64,000 bases of DNA from an uncultured Bordetella sp. Its GTDB lineage: Bacteria > Pseudomonadota > Gammaproteobacteria > Burkholderiales > SG8-41. The notes beneath the pieces were generated by a model, which was not told the origin of the DNA, made no database searches, and saw nothing but the letters and a program-made list of their open reading frames with translations. The stretch is taken from positions 2,381-66,380 of the forward strand of contig CAZAOZ010000002.1 of NCBI GenBank assembly GCA_964486865.1. The letters are read 5' to 3'. Made by a program: the position numbers and the translations under genes. Positions 50,015 to 59,091 of this stretch are shown here, piece by piece; within the stretch, counting starts at the first letter, position 1, and each line of letters starts with the position of its first letter.

Positions 50015-50031
50015 CGTGCGCGCGGCCGGAC

Positions 50032-51804
50032 TCAGCGGAACTGCTTCGCGCTGTACTTGCGGTACTTGGGCAACAGGCGCTGCGGCTGACGGAAGGCATC
50101 GCGCCGGAACGGGTCGCCCAGCTCCTGCGTCAGCATCATGTTGATCACCGTCGGCTTGTTCGACCGCACCGCCGCGCGCAGCGCATCACCGACTTCATCG
50201 ACGTGTTCCACGGTCAGGCCCTGCGCCCCCATGGCTTCGGCCACGTCCGCAAAATTCGGATTCTGCAGATTGGTGCCGAGAAAGCGGTTGTCGAAATAAT
50301 CGACCTGGTTCTTTTTCTCGGCGCCCCACTGGCCGTTGTTGAATACCACGGCGACGGCAGGAATTTTCTCGCGCACACAGGTCATCACTTCGTTCAGGCT
50401 CATGCCCCAGGCGCCGTCGCCCACGTAGGCAATCGCCGGACGGTCGGGACGGCCGACTTTGGCGCCCATCGCCGCGGGAAAGGCGTAACCGCAATTGCCG
50501 AAACTCATGGCCGCGAGAAATGACGGCGCGGTCTCGAAATGCAGATAGCTGTTCGATACCGAGCAGACGTTGCCGATGTCGGTGGATACCATCGCGTTTT
50601 TCGGCATGGCGCGCGCCAGCGCCGCCAGCGCCTGCCGCGGACCGATCCGCGTCTTGGTATTGGGCGAAGGCCATTTTTCGAGTTCTTCGGTCCAGGCTTT
50701 TTTCGTTTTTTGCACTTCGGCAAGACGCGCCTTGTTCGGCGCGAGCTTGACCAGGCTTTTCACGCGCTCGAGCAGCGCCATCGCCGCCAGTCTCGCGTCG
50801 CCGCAAATGCCGACCGTGGTTTTCTTGACCAGACCCAGCATGCGCGAATCGGTATCGACCTGAATGATTTTCGCGTTCTTGGGCCAGTAGTCGAGCCCGT
50901 GCTGCGGCAGCGTGCCGAAGGGCCCCAGCCGCGAGCCCAGCGCCAGCACCACGTCGGCCTTGGCGATGATGTTCATCGCCGCCTTCGATCCCTGATAACC
51001 CAGCGGGCCGCACGACAGCGGATGGCTGGCCGGGAACGAATCGTTATGCAGATACGAATTGACCACCGGCGCGGTCAGGTATTCGGCGAGCGCGGCGCAT
51101 TCCTTGATGCCGCTGGACATGATCACGCCGCCGCCGGACAGGATCACCGGGAATTTGGCTTTGGCCAGCATGCGTGCCGCGGCATCCAGCGACTCCGGCC
51201 CGCCGGCGGAACGCTCCAGCTTGCGCGCCTGCGGAATGTCGTAATCGCCTTCGCCGTAGAAATAATCGCGCGGAATGTTGACCTGCACCGGGCCGCGCTC
51301 GGCCATGGCGATGTCAAAAGCGCGGCCGGTCAGCTCGGCGATACGCAGCGGCGAATTGACATGCACCTGCCATTTGGTGATTTTCGAGAAAATCGGCAGC
51401 TGCTCGGTTTCCTGGAAGCCGCCCAGTCCCATGCTCAGGCTGCCCGATTCCGGAGTCACGCAGACCACCGGCGAATGCGCCCAGTACGCGGCGGCGATGC
51501 CGGTGACGAAGTTGGTGATGCCGGGACCATTCTGCGCAATGCATACGCCGTGCTTGCCGGTAACGCGCGAATAGCCGTCGGCCATGTGCGCGGCATTCTG
51601 TTCGTGCGCCACCGAAAGAAAGCGGATGCCGGCCAGCGGAAACAGGTCGTGGGCATCCATGTAAGCGGAACCGACGATGCCGAACGTATCCTTCACGCCC
51701 TGCGCCACCAGCGTCTCGACAAAAGCCTCGGACGGGGTCATGCGCACCTTGCCGCCGGCTACGGATGCTTTGGCGATGTTTTTGCTGTCTGCCATCGTAT
51801 TCAT
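50032..51804 (-). CDS. xsc: thiamine-diphosphate enzyme, sulfoacetaldehyde acetyltransferase (Xsc)-like
   Basis: ORF 50032..51912 trimmed to ATG at 51804, with SD GGAGGAG upstream. About 590 aa of the ALS/TPP fold. Blocks such as IAQNGPGITNF, GGFQETEQ, GPLGYQGSKAAM, GDGAWGMSLNE, QWGAEKKN and C-terminal LTQELGDPFRRDA match Xsc sequences as I recall them. Family-level confidence is high; the exact activity is unverified. Confidence 0.65.
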   Translation of the reverse strand: MNTMADSKNIAKASVAGGKVRMTPSEAFVETLVAQGVKDTFGIVGSAYMDAHDLFPLAGIRFLSVAHEQNAAHMADGYSRVTGKHGVCIAQNGPGITNFVTGIAAAYWAHSPVVCVTPESGSLSMGLGGFQETEQLPIFSKITKWQVHVNSPLRIAELTGRAFDIAMAERGPVQVNIPRDYFYGEGDYDIPQARKLERSAGGPESLDAAARMLAKAKFPVILSGGGVIMSSGIKECAALAEYLTAPVVNSYLHNDSFPASHPLSCGPLGYQGSKAAMNIIAKADVVLALGSRLGPFGTLPQHGLDYWPKNAKIIQVDTDSRMLGLVKKTTVGICGDARLAAMALLERVKSLVKLAPNKARLAEVQKTKKAWTEELEKWPSPNTKTRIGPRQALAALARAMPKNAMVSTDIGNVCSVSNSYLHFETAPSFLAAMSFGNCGYAFPAAMGAKVGRPDRPAIAYVGDGAWGMSLNEVMTCVREKIPAVAVVFNNGQWGAEKKNQVDYFDNRFLGTNLQNPNFADVAEAMGAQGLTVEHVDEVGDALRAAVRSNKPTVINMMLTQELGDPFRRDAFRQPQRLLPKYRKYSAKQFR

Positions 51805-51936
51805 GGAATCTCTCCTCCGGGATGAATCGTGCCGCGCCGTGAGTGGCGCGCACAACGTCTGTGACATTGGAAGCTCTGTCCAGCCGGTCGGCGATCCGCC
51901 CGGCGGACGCACATAATACGCCGCCCATACTTATCG

Positions 51937-51950
51937 TGCAAACGCTTGCA
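51937..51950. promoter_or_regulatory. LacI/GalR-type operator candidate TGCAAACGCTTGCA
   Basis: A 14-bp palindrome with a central CG and 6 of 7 matching half-sites. It lies in the 315-nt divergent region between the xsc-like and FAD/Fe-S dehydrogenase genes. Confidence 0.55.
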
Positions 51951-52119
51951 CAAAATACGATAACACATTGTTTTTGTTATATAATTTTTACATTATCGCC
52001 ATGGCGCACAAGATCCAGACCGTTGTTTTGGCTGCGCTTTTAATGCGGCGCGGCACTCAAGCTACAATCGGGCCTCTGCTGCTTCCCGCAGTCCCCGCCG
52101 TTAAAAATCCGGAGTTGAA

Positions 52120-55053
52120 TTGAACACCCTTGTTGACGGCCGCCGGCCGCCGGCTGCCACAGCCGATGTGGCTGCGCTGGCCGCAGAGCTTGCACAACGC
52201 ATTACCGGCGAAGTCCGTTTCGATACCGGCGCGCGCGCCGCCTATTCCGCCGACGCCTCGAACTACCGGCAGATTCCCATCGGCGTGGTGATCCCGCGCA
52301 GCATCGAGGACATTGTCGCGACGCTGGACATCTGCCGCGAACACGGCGTGCCCATCCTGCCGCGCGGCGGCGGCACTTCGCAGAACGGCCAGTGCGTCAA
52401 CGTCGCGGTGGTCATCGATACTTCGAAATACCTGAACCGGGTGCTGGCCGTCGATCCGGTCGCGCGCACGGCGCGGGTGGAACCGGGCGTCGTCTGCGAC
52501 ACGCTGCGCGACGCCGCGGAACAGCACGCGCTGACTTTCGGTCCGGACCCGGCCACCCACAGCCGCTGCACGCTGGGCGGCATGATCGGCAACAACTCCT
52601 GCGGTGCGCACTCGGTAATGGCCGGCAAGACCGTCGACAACATCGACAGCCTGGACATCATCACCTGCGACGGCCTGCGCCTGACCGTCGGCCCGACCAG
52701 CGAAGACGAACTGGTGCGCATCATCCGCGCCGGCGGCCGTCGCGGCGAAATCTACGGCCGGCTGCGCGCACTGCGCGACAAATACGCCGAGCTGATCCGC
52801 GCCCGCTTCCCGAAAATAAAACGCCGCGTGTCCGGCTACAACCTCGACCAGTTGCTGCCGGAGAACGGTTTCAACGTCGCCCGCGCGCTGGTCGGCAGCG
52901 AAGGCACTTGCGTCATCACGCTGGCCGCAACGACCCATCTGGTGCCCAGTCCGCAGGCGCGGGTGCTGCTGGTGCTGGGCTATGCCGACATTTACGCGGC
53001 AGGCGATGCGGTGCCCGAAATCCTGCCGTTCAAACCCATCGCCACCGAAGGTCTCGACGAGCGCATCATCGGCGGCCTGCGCGAACGCGGTTTGCGGCTG
53101 GATGACATTGCGCTGCTGCCGCCGGGCAATGCCTGGATCATGATCGAGTTCGGCGCCGCCACGGTGGATGCGGCCAGCGCGCAGGCCGCGGCGCTGATCG
53201 CACATTACGCCGGCAAACCAGCGTCCCCTTCCTCATGGCTGATCACCGATCCGGCGCTGTGCGAGCGCATCTGGACCATCCGCGAAACCGCCGCCTCCGC
53301 CAGCGCGCTGACCATCCATCCGGAACAACCCGACCCGATGGTCGGCTGGGAAGATGCCGCGGTCGATCCGCTGCGGCTGGGTGACTATCTGCGCGAGTTC
53401 CAGGCACTGGTCGATCGCCACGGTTATGAAACCTCGCTCTACGGCCACTTCGGCGACGGCTGCATCCACGCCCGCATCACCTTCGATACGCGCTCGGCTG
53501 CGGGCATCAGGACCTGGCGCGGTTTCCTGCGCGCTGCTGCGGAGCTGGTCGTCAAATACGGCGGCTCGCTGTCCGGCGAGCATGGCGACGGCCAGGCCAA
53601 GGCCGAGTTCCTGCCGATCATGTACGGCGAAGAGCTGATGCAGGCCTTCCGCGAATTCAAGGCGATCTGGGATCCGGACCACCGCATGAACCCGGGCAAG
53701 GTCATCGACGCCTACCGCGCCGATGAAAACCTCCGATACGGCCCCGATTACCGGCCGCTGCGCCCGCCGACGCAGTTTGCGTTCGCCAGCCGCGAAGGCC
53801 ACGGCTTTACCCGCGCCATCGAGCGCTGTGTCGGCATGGGCAAATGCCGCGCGCATGCCGGCGGCGTGATGTGCCCGAGTTACCGCGCCACCGGTGAAGA
53901 GCACCACTCGACCCGCGGCCGCGCACGATTGCTCGCCGAAATGCTGCGCGGCGAAATCATTGCCGACGGCTGGCGCAGCGATGCGGTGCGCGAAGCGCTC
54001 GACCTCTGCCTCGCCTGCAAGGGCTGCAAAAGCGACTGCCCGACGCATACCGACATGGCGACGTACAAGGCCGAGTTCCTGCACCACCACTATCTCGGCC
54101 GGCTGCGCCCGGTGCAAGCCTACACCATGGGCTTCATCAACCGCTGGGCGCGGCTGGCAGCGCTGGCCCCGCGCCTGGTCAATCTGCTGACAGCGATGCC
54201 GGGGTTGTCCACGCTGCTGAAATTCGCCGGCGGCGTGGCCCGTGAGCGCAGTATTCCGCGATTCGCCCGCCGCACTTTCCGCGCCTGGTTCCGGCAGCGC
54301 CGCGCCGCGCCGTCTGCCGCCGCATCACGCGGCAAAATCATCCTGTGGGCCGACACCTTCAACAATCACTTTCAGCCGGGATCGGCCGCCGCGGCCGTCG
54401 AAGTGCTGGAAGCGCTGGGCTACACGGTCACCGTGCCGCGGCAGCATTTGTGCTGTGGCCGCCCGCTCTACGATTTCGGCATGCTGGACACCGCGCGCGG
54501 GTTTCTGCGGGAAATCCTCGACACCCTGCAGACCGACATCCGCTCCGGCGTGCCCATCATCGGCCTCGAACCGGCGTGCGTGTCGGTATTCCGCGATGAA
54601 TTGCTGAACCTCTTTCCGGACGATGCGTTAGCACGGAGATTGAGCGCGCAAGTGCATCTGTTCAGCGATTTCCTGATGAGTGTTCCTGACTGGGACGCGC
54701 CGCAGCTCGGCGGCGAGGCGCTGGTACACGGCCACTGCCACCAGAAATCCCTGTCCGGCATGGCCGCCGAAATGGCGCTGCTGAAACGGCTGGGCATACA
54801 CGCGCGCACGGTTGAATCCGGCTGCTGCGGCATGGCCGGTGCCTTCGGCTTCAATCCGCGGCATTACGCTGTTTCCGTAAAAATCGGCGAGGCCGCGCTG
54901 CTGCCCGCGGTGCGCGCGGCCGATGAACGCACCATGATCGTCTCCAGCGGCTACAGCTGCCGCGAGCAGATTGCGCAGTTGACCGAACGCAACGCACTGC
55001 ATATCGCCGAAGTGGTCGCGCTCGCGCTGAACCGCGCGCGCGACCCGCGCTGA
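52120..55053 (+). CDS. FAD-binding (GlcD-like) + 4Fe-4S + CCG-domain fused oxidoreductase (YdiJ-like 2-hydroxyacid dehydrogenase family)
   Basis: ORF 52120..55053, 977 aa, TTG start with GGAG 5 nt upstream. N-terminal PCMH FAD domain (PRGGGTSQNGQ), ferredoxin motif CLACKGCKSDCP, and two cysteine-rich CCG motifs (HLCCGRP, ESGCCGMAG). Confidence 0.8.
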   Translation: MNTLVDGRRPPAATADVAALAAELAQRITGEVRFDTGARAAYSADASNYRQIPIGVVIPRSIEDIVATLDICREHGVPILPRGGGTSQNGQCVNVAVVIDTSKYLNRVLAVDPVARTARVEPGVVCDTLRDAAEQHALTFGPDPATHSRCTLGGMIGNNSCGAHSVMAGKTVDNIDSLDIITCDGLRLTVGPTSEDELVRIIRAGGRRGEIYGRLRALRDKYAELIRARFPKIKRRVSGYNLDQLLPENGFNVARALVGSEGTCVITLAATTHLVPSPQARVLLVLGYADIYAAGDAVPEILPFKPIATEGLDERIIGGLRERGLRLDDIALLPPGNAWIMIEFGAATVDAASAQAAALIAHYAGKPASPSSWLITDPALCERIWTIRETAASASALTIHPEQPDPMVGWEDAAVDPLRLGDYLREFQALVDRHGYETSLYGHFGDGCIHARITFDTRSAAGIRTWRGFLRAAAELVVKYGGSLSGEHGDGQAKAEFLPIMYGEELMQAFREFKAIWDPDHRMNPGKVIDAYRADENLRYGPDYRPLRPPTQFAFASREGHGFTRAIERCVGMGKCRAHAGGVMCPSYRATGEEHHSTRGRARLLAEMLRGEIIADGWRSDAVREALDLCLACKGCKSDCPTHTDMATYKAEFLHHHYLGRLRPVQAYTMGFINRWARLAALAPRLVNLLTAMPGLSTLLKFAGGVARERSIPRFARRTFRAWFRQRRAAPSAAASRGKIILWADTFNNHFQPGSAAAAVEVLEALGYTVTVPRQHLCCGRPLYDFGMLDTARGFLREILDTLQTDIRSGVPIIGLEPACVSVFRDELLNLFPDDALARRLSAQVHLFSDFLMSVPDWDAPQLGGEALVHGHCHQKSLSGMAAEMALLKRLGIHARTVESGCCGMAGAFGFNPRHYAVSVKIGEAALLPAVRAADERTMIVSSGYSCREQIAQLTERNALHIAEVVALALNRARDPR

Positions 55054-55063
55054 GCCCGCCATC

Positions 55064-55840
55064 GTGACGGGTCTGGAGTCCTTATCGCCCTGGCTGATCG
55101 CGTACATCGCCATCGTAATCGCCATGGCGGGCTGGGTGCAGGGCGCGCTCGGCCTCGGCTTTCCGATGATCGCAACCCCGCTGATCGCCGCCGCCACCAA
55201 CATGCAGGTTGCGGTGGTCATGGTGCTGATCCCGTGCATCGCCGCGGTCCTGGTCAACATCCTGCGCAGCCCCGGTTTCGGCGATATTCTCCGGCGTTTC
55301 TGGTGGATGCCCTTTGTCGCGCTGACCGGCGCGGTCATCGGCGCCCGCCTGTTCGTGCTGTATCCGGAATTTCCATATGCCCTGCTGCTCGCCGGCGTGA
55401 TCCTGTTCTACCTCAACCTCGACCGCCTCGGTCTCACCCAGTGGCCGCTGATGCGCAGGCACGAGAAAGCATTCGGACTCACCTTCGGACTGCTCGGCGG
55501 CATCAGCGAGAGCACGGCCAACATCGCCGCGCCGCCGCTGATCATTTACTACCTCGGCATCGGCCTGTCGCCGCTGGCGCTGGTGCCCGCGATGAACATT
55601 TCGTTTCTGGTCGGCAAGGTCACGCAGTTTGCAACCCTGGCTCCGAGCGGCATTGCGACGCCGGCGATATGGCTGATGACCCTGCCGCTGGCGGTGCTGG
55701 CCATGATCGCCTCACTGCTGGGCGCGCGCCTGCGCAGCCGGATCGACGGCGCGACCTATGGCCGGTGGATGCGCCGCATGCTGTTCGCGATGGCGATGAT
55801 TCTGCTGGCGCAGGTCGCCTATCGCTACCTGGCAACCTGA
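55064..55840 (+). CDS. TSUP (TauE/SafE, DUF81) family anion exporter-like permease
   Basis: ORF 55064..55840, GTG start. 258 aa with about 7-8 TM segments and an internal 4-TM repeat with glycine-rich loops (GALGLGFPMIATPL / LLGGISESTANIAAPPL). Confidence 0.6.
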   Translation: MTGLESLSPWLIAYIAIVIAMAGWVQGALGLGFPMIATPLIAAATNMQVAVVMVLIPCIAAVLVNILRSPGFGDILRRFWWMPFVALTGAVIGARLFVLYPEFPYALLLAGVILFYLNLDRLGLTQWPLMRRHEKAFGLTFGLLGGISESTANIAAPPLIIYYLGIGLSPLALVPAMNISFLVGKVTQFATLAPSGIATPAIWLMTLPLAVLAMIASLLGARLRSRIDGATYGRWMRRMLFAMAMILLAQVAYRYLAT

Positions 55841-55863
55841 CTGCAAGATGTAAATTCGGGACG

Positions 55864-55892
55864 CAAAAAAACCGGCGCATGCCGGTTTTTTT
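55864..55892. terminator. bidirectional rho-independent terminator between the TauE-like gene and grxD
   Basis: AAAAAAACCGGC-gcat-GCCGGTTTTTTT. Confidence 0.8.
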
Positions 55893-55906
55893 GGGATGCG
55901 CGGCAA

Positions 55907-56215
55907 TCAGCCCTGCAGCATTTTCTGCAGCTCGCCGCTCTGGTGCATCTCGATCATGATGTCGGAACCGCCGACAAATTCGCCATTGATATACAACTGC
56001 GGAATCGTCGGCCAGTTGGCGTATTGCTTGATGCCCTGGCGAATCTCGGGATCCTCCAGCACATTGACCGTAAACGGCGCGTTGACGCCGCAGTCCCGCA
56101 GGATCTTGATGGCATTGGCCGAAAAACCGCATTGCGGAAAATCCGGCGAGCCTTTCATGTAGAGCACGACCTTGTGGCTGGTCACTTGGTTCTTGATGGT
56201 TTCCTGAACTGACAT
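55907..56215 (-). CDS. grxD: Grx4-family monothiol glutaredoxin
   Basis: ORF 55907..56284 trimmed to ATG at 56215 (MSVQETIKNQV...VVLYMKGSPDFPQCGFS...WPTIPQLYINGEFVGG). Confidence 0.9.
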   Translation of the reverse strand: MSVQETIKNQVTSHKVVLYMKGSPDFPQCGFSANAIKILRDCGVNAPFTVNVLEDPEIRQGIKQYANWPTIPQLYINGEFVGGSDIMIEMHQSGELQKMLQG

Positions 56216-56318
56216 GGCTATGGATCCTATACCTGAGCAACTTGATCGGGATTGAAGTTTAACGACGCGGTGCGGCAGGGTCAAGGGATCGGCGCATGCA
56301 AAAAGACCCGCTATGTCG

Positions 56319-56957
56319 TTATCCCTGGCTCACAGGCCCTTGGTCGTTCAATACCGCCAGCAACGATCCCGGCATCAAGGCAGCACCAAAAACTTCCAGT
56401 GCCGCCGACTCCATCAATTCAGCCTCCCAACTGAACCAGCGGCCGACGCTGTCGGGTTTGTGCTCCGCCGCGTCACACAGCGCGGGATCGGTCAGCACCA
56501 GCAGCTTGCGGCAGGCGTTGGGCCGCGATTCATACACCGTACACGCGCCGTCGCTGCCGAGAAACACGCAGGCCTTGTCAGCCGCCGGCTGCTGTCGCCA
56601 GGTATCCACGGTGTACCGGCGCTGGCGTTCAAGGCGCGCGATGTCCAGCTCCATCCCGGTCGCGCGCACAACCTCGATCAGCAGCGCGGCTTCGTGCGGC
56701 CAGATCTCGACCGCCTCGCGGCAGCAATGGCTGCAACCCTTGCCGCAGCGGATGCCGCCGCTGCCCACGCTTTTCGCGCGATCCCGTTGCAGCAGACCGT
56801 CCATTGCGGTATGCGCGCTGCGCGCAACTGCCGGCGCATCCTGATTCCCGATCGCGCGAAACTCCTGGGTGTAGCGGTCATAGATGCCGCGCAGGTGCGC
56901 TGCTTTTTTCTCGTCACGCGCAGCTCTGTTTGCAGCGTACTTGGGGTCGTCAGTCAT
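56319..56957 (-). CDS. YkgJ-family cysteine-cluster protein (UPF0153/CxxCxxCC)
   Basis: ORF 56319..56984 trimmed to ATG at 56957. Contains CGKGCSHCC and ...ACVFLGSDGACTVYESRPNACR.... Confidence 0.65.
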   Translation of the reverse strand: MTDDPKYAANRAARDEKKAAHLRGIYDRYTQEFRAIGNQDAPAVARSAHTAMDGLLQRDRAKSVGSGGIRCGKGCSHCCREAVEIWPHEAALLIEVVRATGMELDIARLERQRRYTVDTWRQQPAADKACVFLGSDGACTVYESRPNACRKLLVLTDPALCDAAEHKPDSVGRWFSWEAELMESAALEVFGAALMPGSLLAVLNDQGPVSQG

Positions 56958-56958
56958 G

Positions 56959-57804
56959 TCACGGCATACGCGCAGGAAAATCATGCATCCACCGCCCGCC
57001 GCTCACCCGCGGTATGTTTGCCAGATCGGGCGCGGTAATGACGTCCTGAAATCCCGCCACGGCGAGCAGTTGCGCGCACGCTGCCGCCTGGTCATGGCCG
57101 TGCTCGAACAGCAGCCAGCCGCCCGGCGTCAGATGTTCCGGTGCGCCGGCGATGATGCGGCGGATGTCGTCCAGACCGTCGGCGCCCGCGGCCAGCGCCG
57201 ACTGCGGCTCGAAACGCAAATCGCCCTGCGCGAGATGCGGATCGCCGCCGGCCACATAAGGCGGATTGGCAACGATCAGGTCGTAATGTTCCGCGGCGAT
57301 GGCTGCGTACCAGTCGCTGCGCAGCAGCGTGGTGTTGGCCGGCGCCCAGCGCGCAGCATTGGCGCGGGCGATTTCCAGCGCGGCGTCCGAGGCATCGACC
57401 AGCGTCACCTGCACCTGCGGCCGCTCGGCGGCGATGGTGATGCCGATGCAGCCGCTGCCCGCGCCGAGGTCGAGCACGCGATGCGGCGCACCGGCAGGCA
57501 AACGTTGCAAGGCCAGCTCCACCAGCAGTTCGGTTTCGTGGCGCGGGATCAGCACAGCCGGCGTCACCGCGAAGTCTCGCCCATAAAATTCGCGGCGGCC
57601 GGTGATGTAGGCCACGGGTTCGCCGGCAACGCGGCGCGCGACCAGTACATCGTACTGCTGCGCCTGCGTAGCGGTCAGTGCATCAGCGCCGTGCGCCAGC
57701 AGATACGCATCGTCTTGTCGCAATACTTCGCGCAATAACACACGTGCTTCGATCCGGCCGATGGCGAGTTGGGCTGATGCCAGACTGGAGGCAATGGTCA
57801 CCAC
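56959..57804 (-). CDS. prmC: peptide chain release factor N5-glutamine methyltransferase
   Basis: ORF 56959..57840. The listed TTG start lies inside REP-like copy B, so GTG at 57804 or 57801 is more plausible; the start is uncertain. Motifs VLDLGAGSGCIGI and IVANPPYV. Confidence 0.82.
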   Translation of the reverse strand: MVTIASSLASAQLAIGRIEARVLLREVLRQDDAYLLAHGADALTATQAQQYDVLVARRVAGEPVAYITGRREFYGRDFAVTPAVLIPRHETELLVELALQRLPAGAPHRVLDLGAGSGCIGITIAAERPQVQVTLVDASDAALEIARANAARWAPANTTLLRSDWYAAIAAEHYDLIVANPPYVAGGDPHLAQGDLRFEPQSALAAGADGLDDIRRIIAGAPEHLTPGGWLLFEHGHDQAAACAQLLAVAGFQDVITAPDLANIPRVSGGRWMHDFPARMP

Positions 57805-57833
57805 GGTGGAGGATTTATTCCAATGAATGGTGG

Positions 57834-57917
57834 CTAACAAAACGACTTTCCCGCGGCCCCTCTCCCCAACCCTCTCCCCGCTTGCGGGGAGAGGGGGATT
57901 TCATTTTTTTAGGCACT
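57834..57917. repeat. REP-like intergenic element, copy B
   Basis: CTAACAAAA...CCCCAACCCTCTCCCC-gcttgc-GGGGAGAGGG...TTTCATTTTTTTAGGCACT. Shares flanks and hairpin core with 17155-17289. Confidence 0.75.
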
Positions 57918-57950
57918 ATTTAGGCTTGATATTTCAATAAAAACAATGGG

Positions 57951-59042
57951 TTATGAAACACCCTGTTCTTCCGCCAGCAGCGCCAGTTGTTCGGCCTGGT
58001 GTTCCGCCGCCAGCGCATCCACCAGATCATCAATATCGCCGTCGATGATCTGCGCGATCTTGTACAGCGTCAGATTGATGCGGTGGTCGGTGACGCGGCC
58101 CTGCGGAAAATTGTAGGTGCGGATGCGCTCGGAGCGGTCGCCGCTGCCGATCAGCGATTTGCGCGTCGCCGCGGTTTTTGCATTCTGCTCGCGTGTCTGC
58201 TTGTCCTTCAGGCGCGCCGCCAGCACCGCCAGCGCGCGCGCCTTGTTCTTGTGCTGTGAGCGGTCGTCCTGGCATTCGACTACCAGGCCGGTCGGCAGAT
58301 GCGTGATGCGGATCGCCGAGTCGGTCTTGTTGACGTGCTGGCCGCCGGCGCCGGAAGCGCGGAAGGTGTCGATGCGCATTTCCGCCGGGTTGAGCACGAT
58401 CTCGCCGACCTCGTCGGCTTCGGGCAGCACCGCCACGGTACATGCCGAGGTGTGAATGCGGCCCTGCGTTTCGGTGACCGGCACGCGCTGCACGCGATGG
58501 CCGCCGGATTCGAACTTGAGTTTTGAGTAGGCGCCCTGACCGATGATGCGGGCGATGATTTCCTTGTAGCCGCCCAGGTCGGAAGGGCTTTCCGAAACAA
58601 TCTCGACCTGCCAGCGCTTGCGCTCGGCGTAACGCGCATACATGCGGAAAATATCCGCCGCGAACAATGCCGACTCGTCGCCGCCGGTGCCGGCGCGCAC
58701 TTCCAGAAAAATATTGCGGTCGTCGTTGGGGTCGCGCGGCAGCAGCAGCTTCTGCAGTTCCGCCGCGATACCTTCAAGCCGCGTGCGGGTCTCGCTCACC
58801 TCAGCCTCGGCAAACTCGCGGGTCGCCGGATCATTGGTCATTTCCTGTGCGGTTTTCAGGTCGCCCTCGCTGTCCTGATAGCGGCGGTAGAGCTCAACCA
58901 CCGGGGCGAGTTCAGCGTGTTCGCGCGTCAGCCGGCGATAGTTGTCCATGTCCGCCGTCAGGTTCTCGGCGCCCAGCAGGCGGTTGATCTCCTCCAGCCG
59001 CTGTGACAGCTGGTTCAGCTTGGCGGCAATGCTCGGTTTCAT
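57951..59042 (-). CDS. prfA: peptide chain release factor 1
   Basis: ORF 57951..59078 trimmed to ATG at 59042 ([23 protein letters not shown]...). Contains PET-like and SGAGGQHVN motifs. Confidence 0.93.
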   Translation of the reverse strand: MKPSIAAKLNQLSQRLEEINRLLGAENLTADMDNYRRLTREHAELAPVVELYRRYQDSEGDLKTAQEMTNDPATREFAEAEVSETRTRLEGIAAELQKLLLPRDPNDDRNIFLEVRAGTGGDESALFAADIFRMYARYAERKRWQVEIVSESPSDLGGYKEIIARIIGQGAYSKLKFESGGHRVQRVPVTETQGRIHTSACTVAVLPEADEVGEIVLNPAEMRIDTFRASGAGGQHVNKTDSAIRITHLPTGLVVECQDDRSQHKNKARALAVLAARLKDKQTREQNAKTAATRKSLIGSGDRSERIRTYNFPQGRVTDHRINLTLYKIAQIIDGDIDDLVDALAAEHQAEQLALLAEEQGVS

Positions 59043-59091
59043 GAATGCAGGCTCTGGCCGCAACGCGTGCGGCAGCAAATAAACGCCACGA

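Noticed and set aside
57915-57927. TTGATATTTCAA, which looks like an FNR half-palindrome near prfA.
   Set aside because: The spacing is TTGA-N4-TCAA, whereas an FNR/CRP site needs TTGAT-N4-ATCAA. It lies in the AT-rich tail of the REP-like element.
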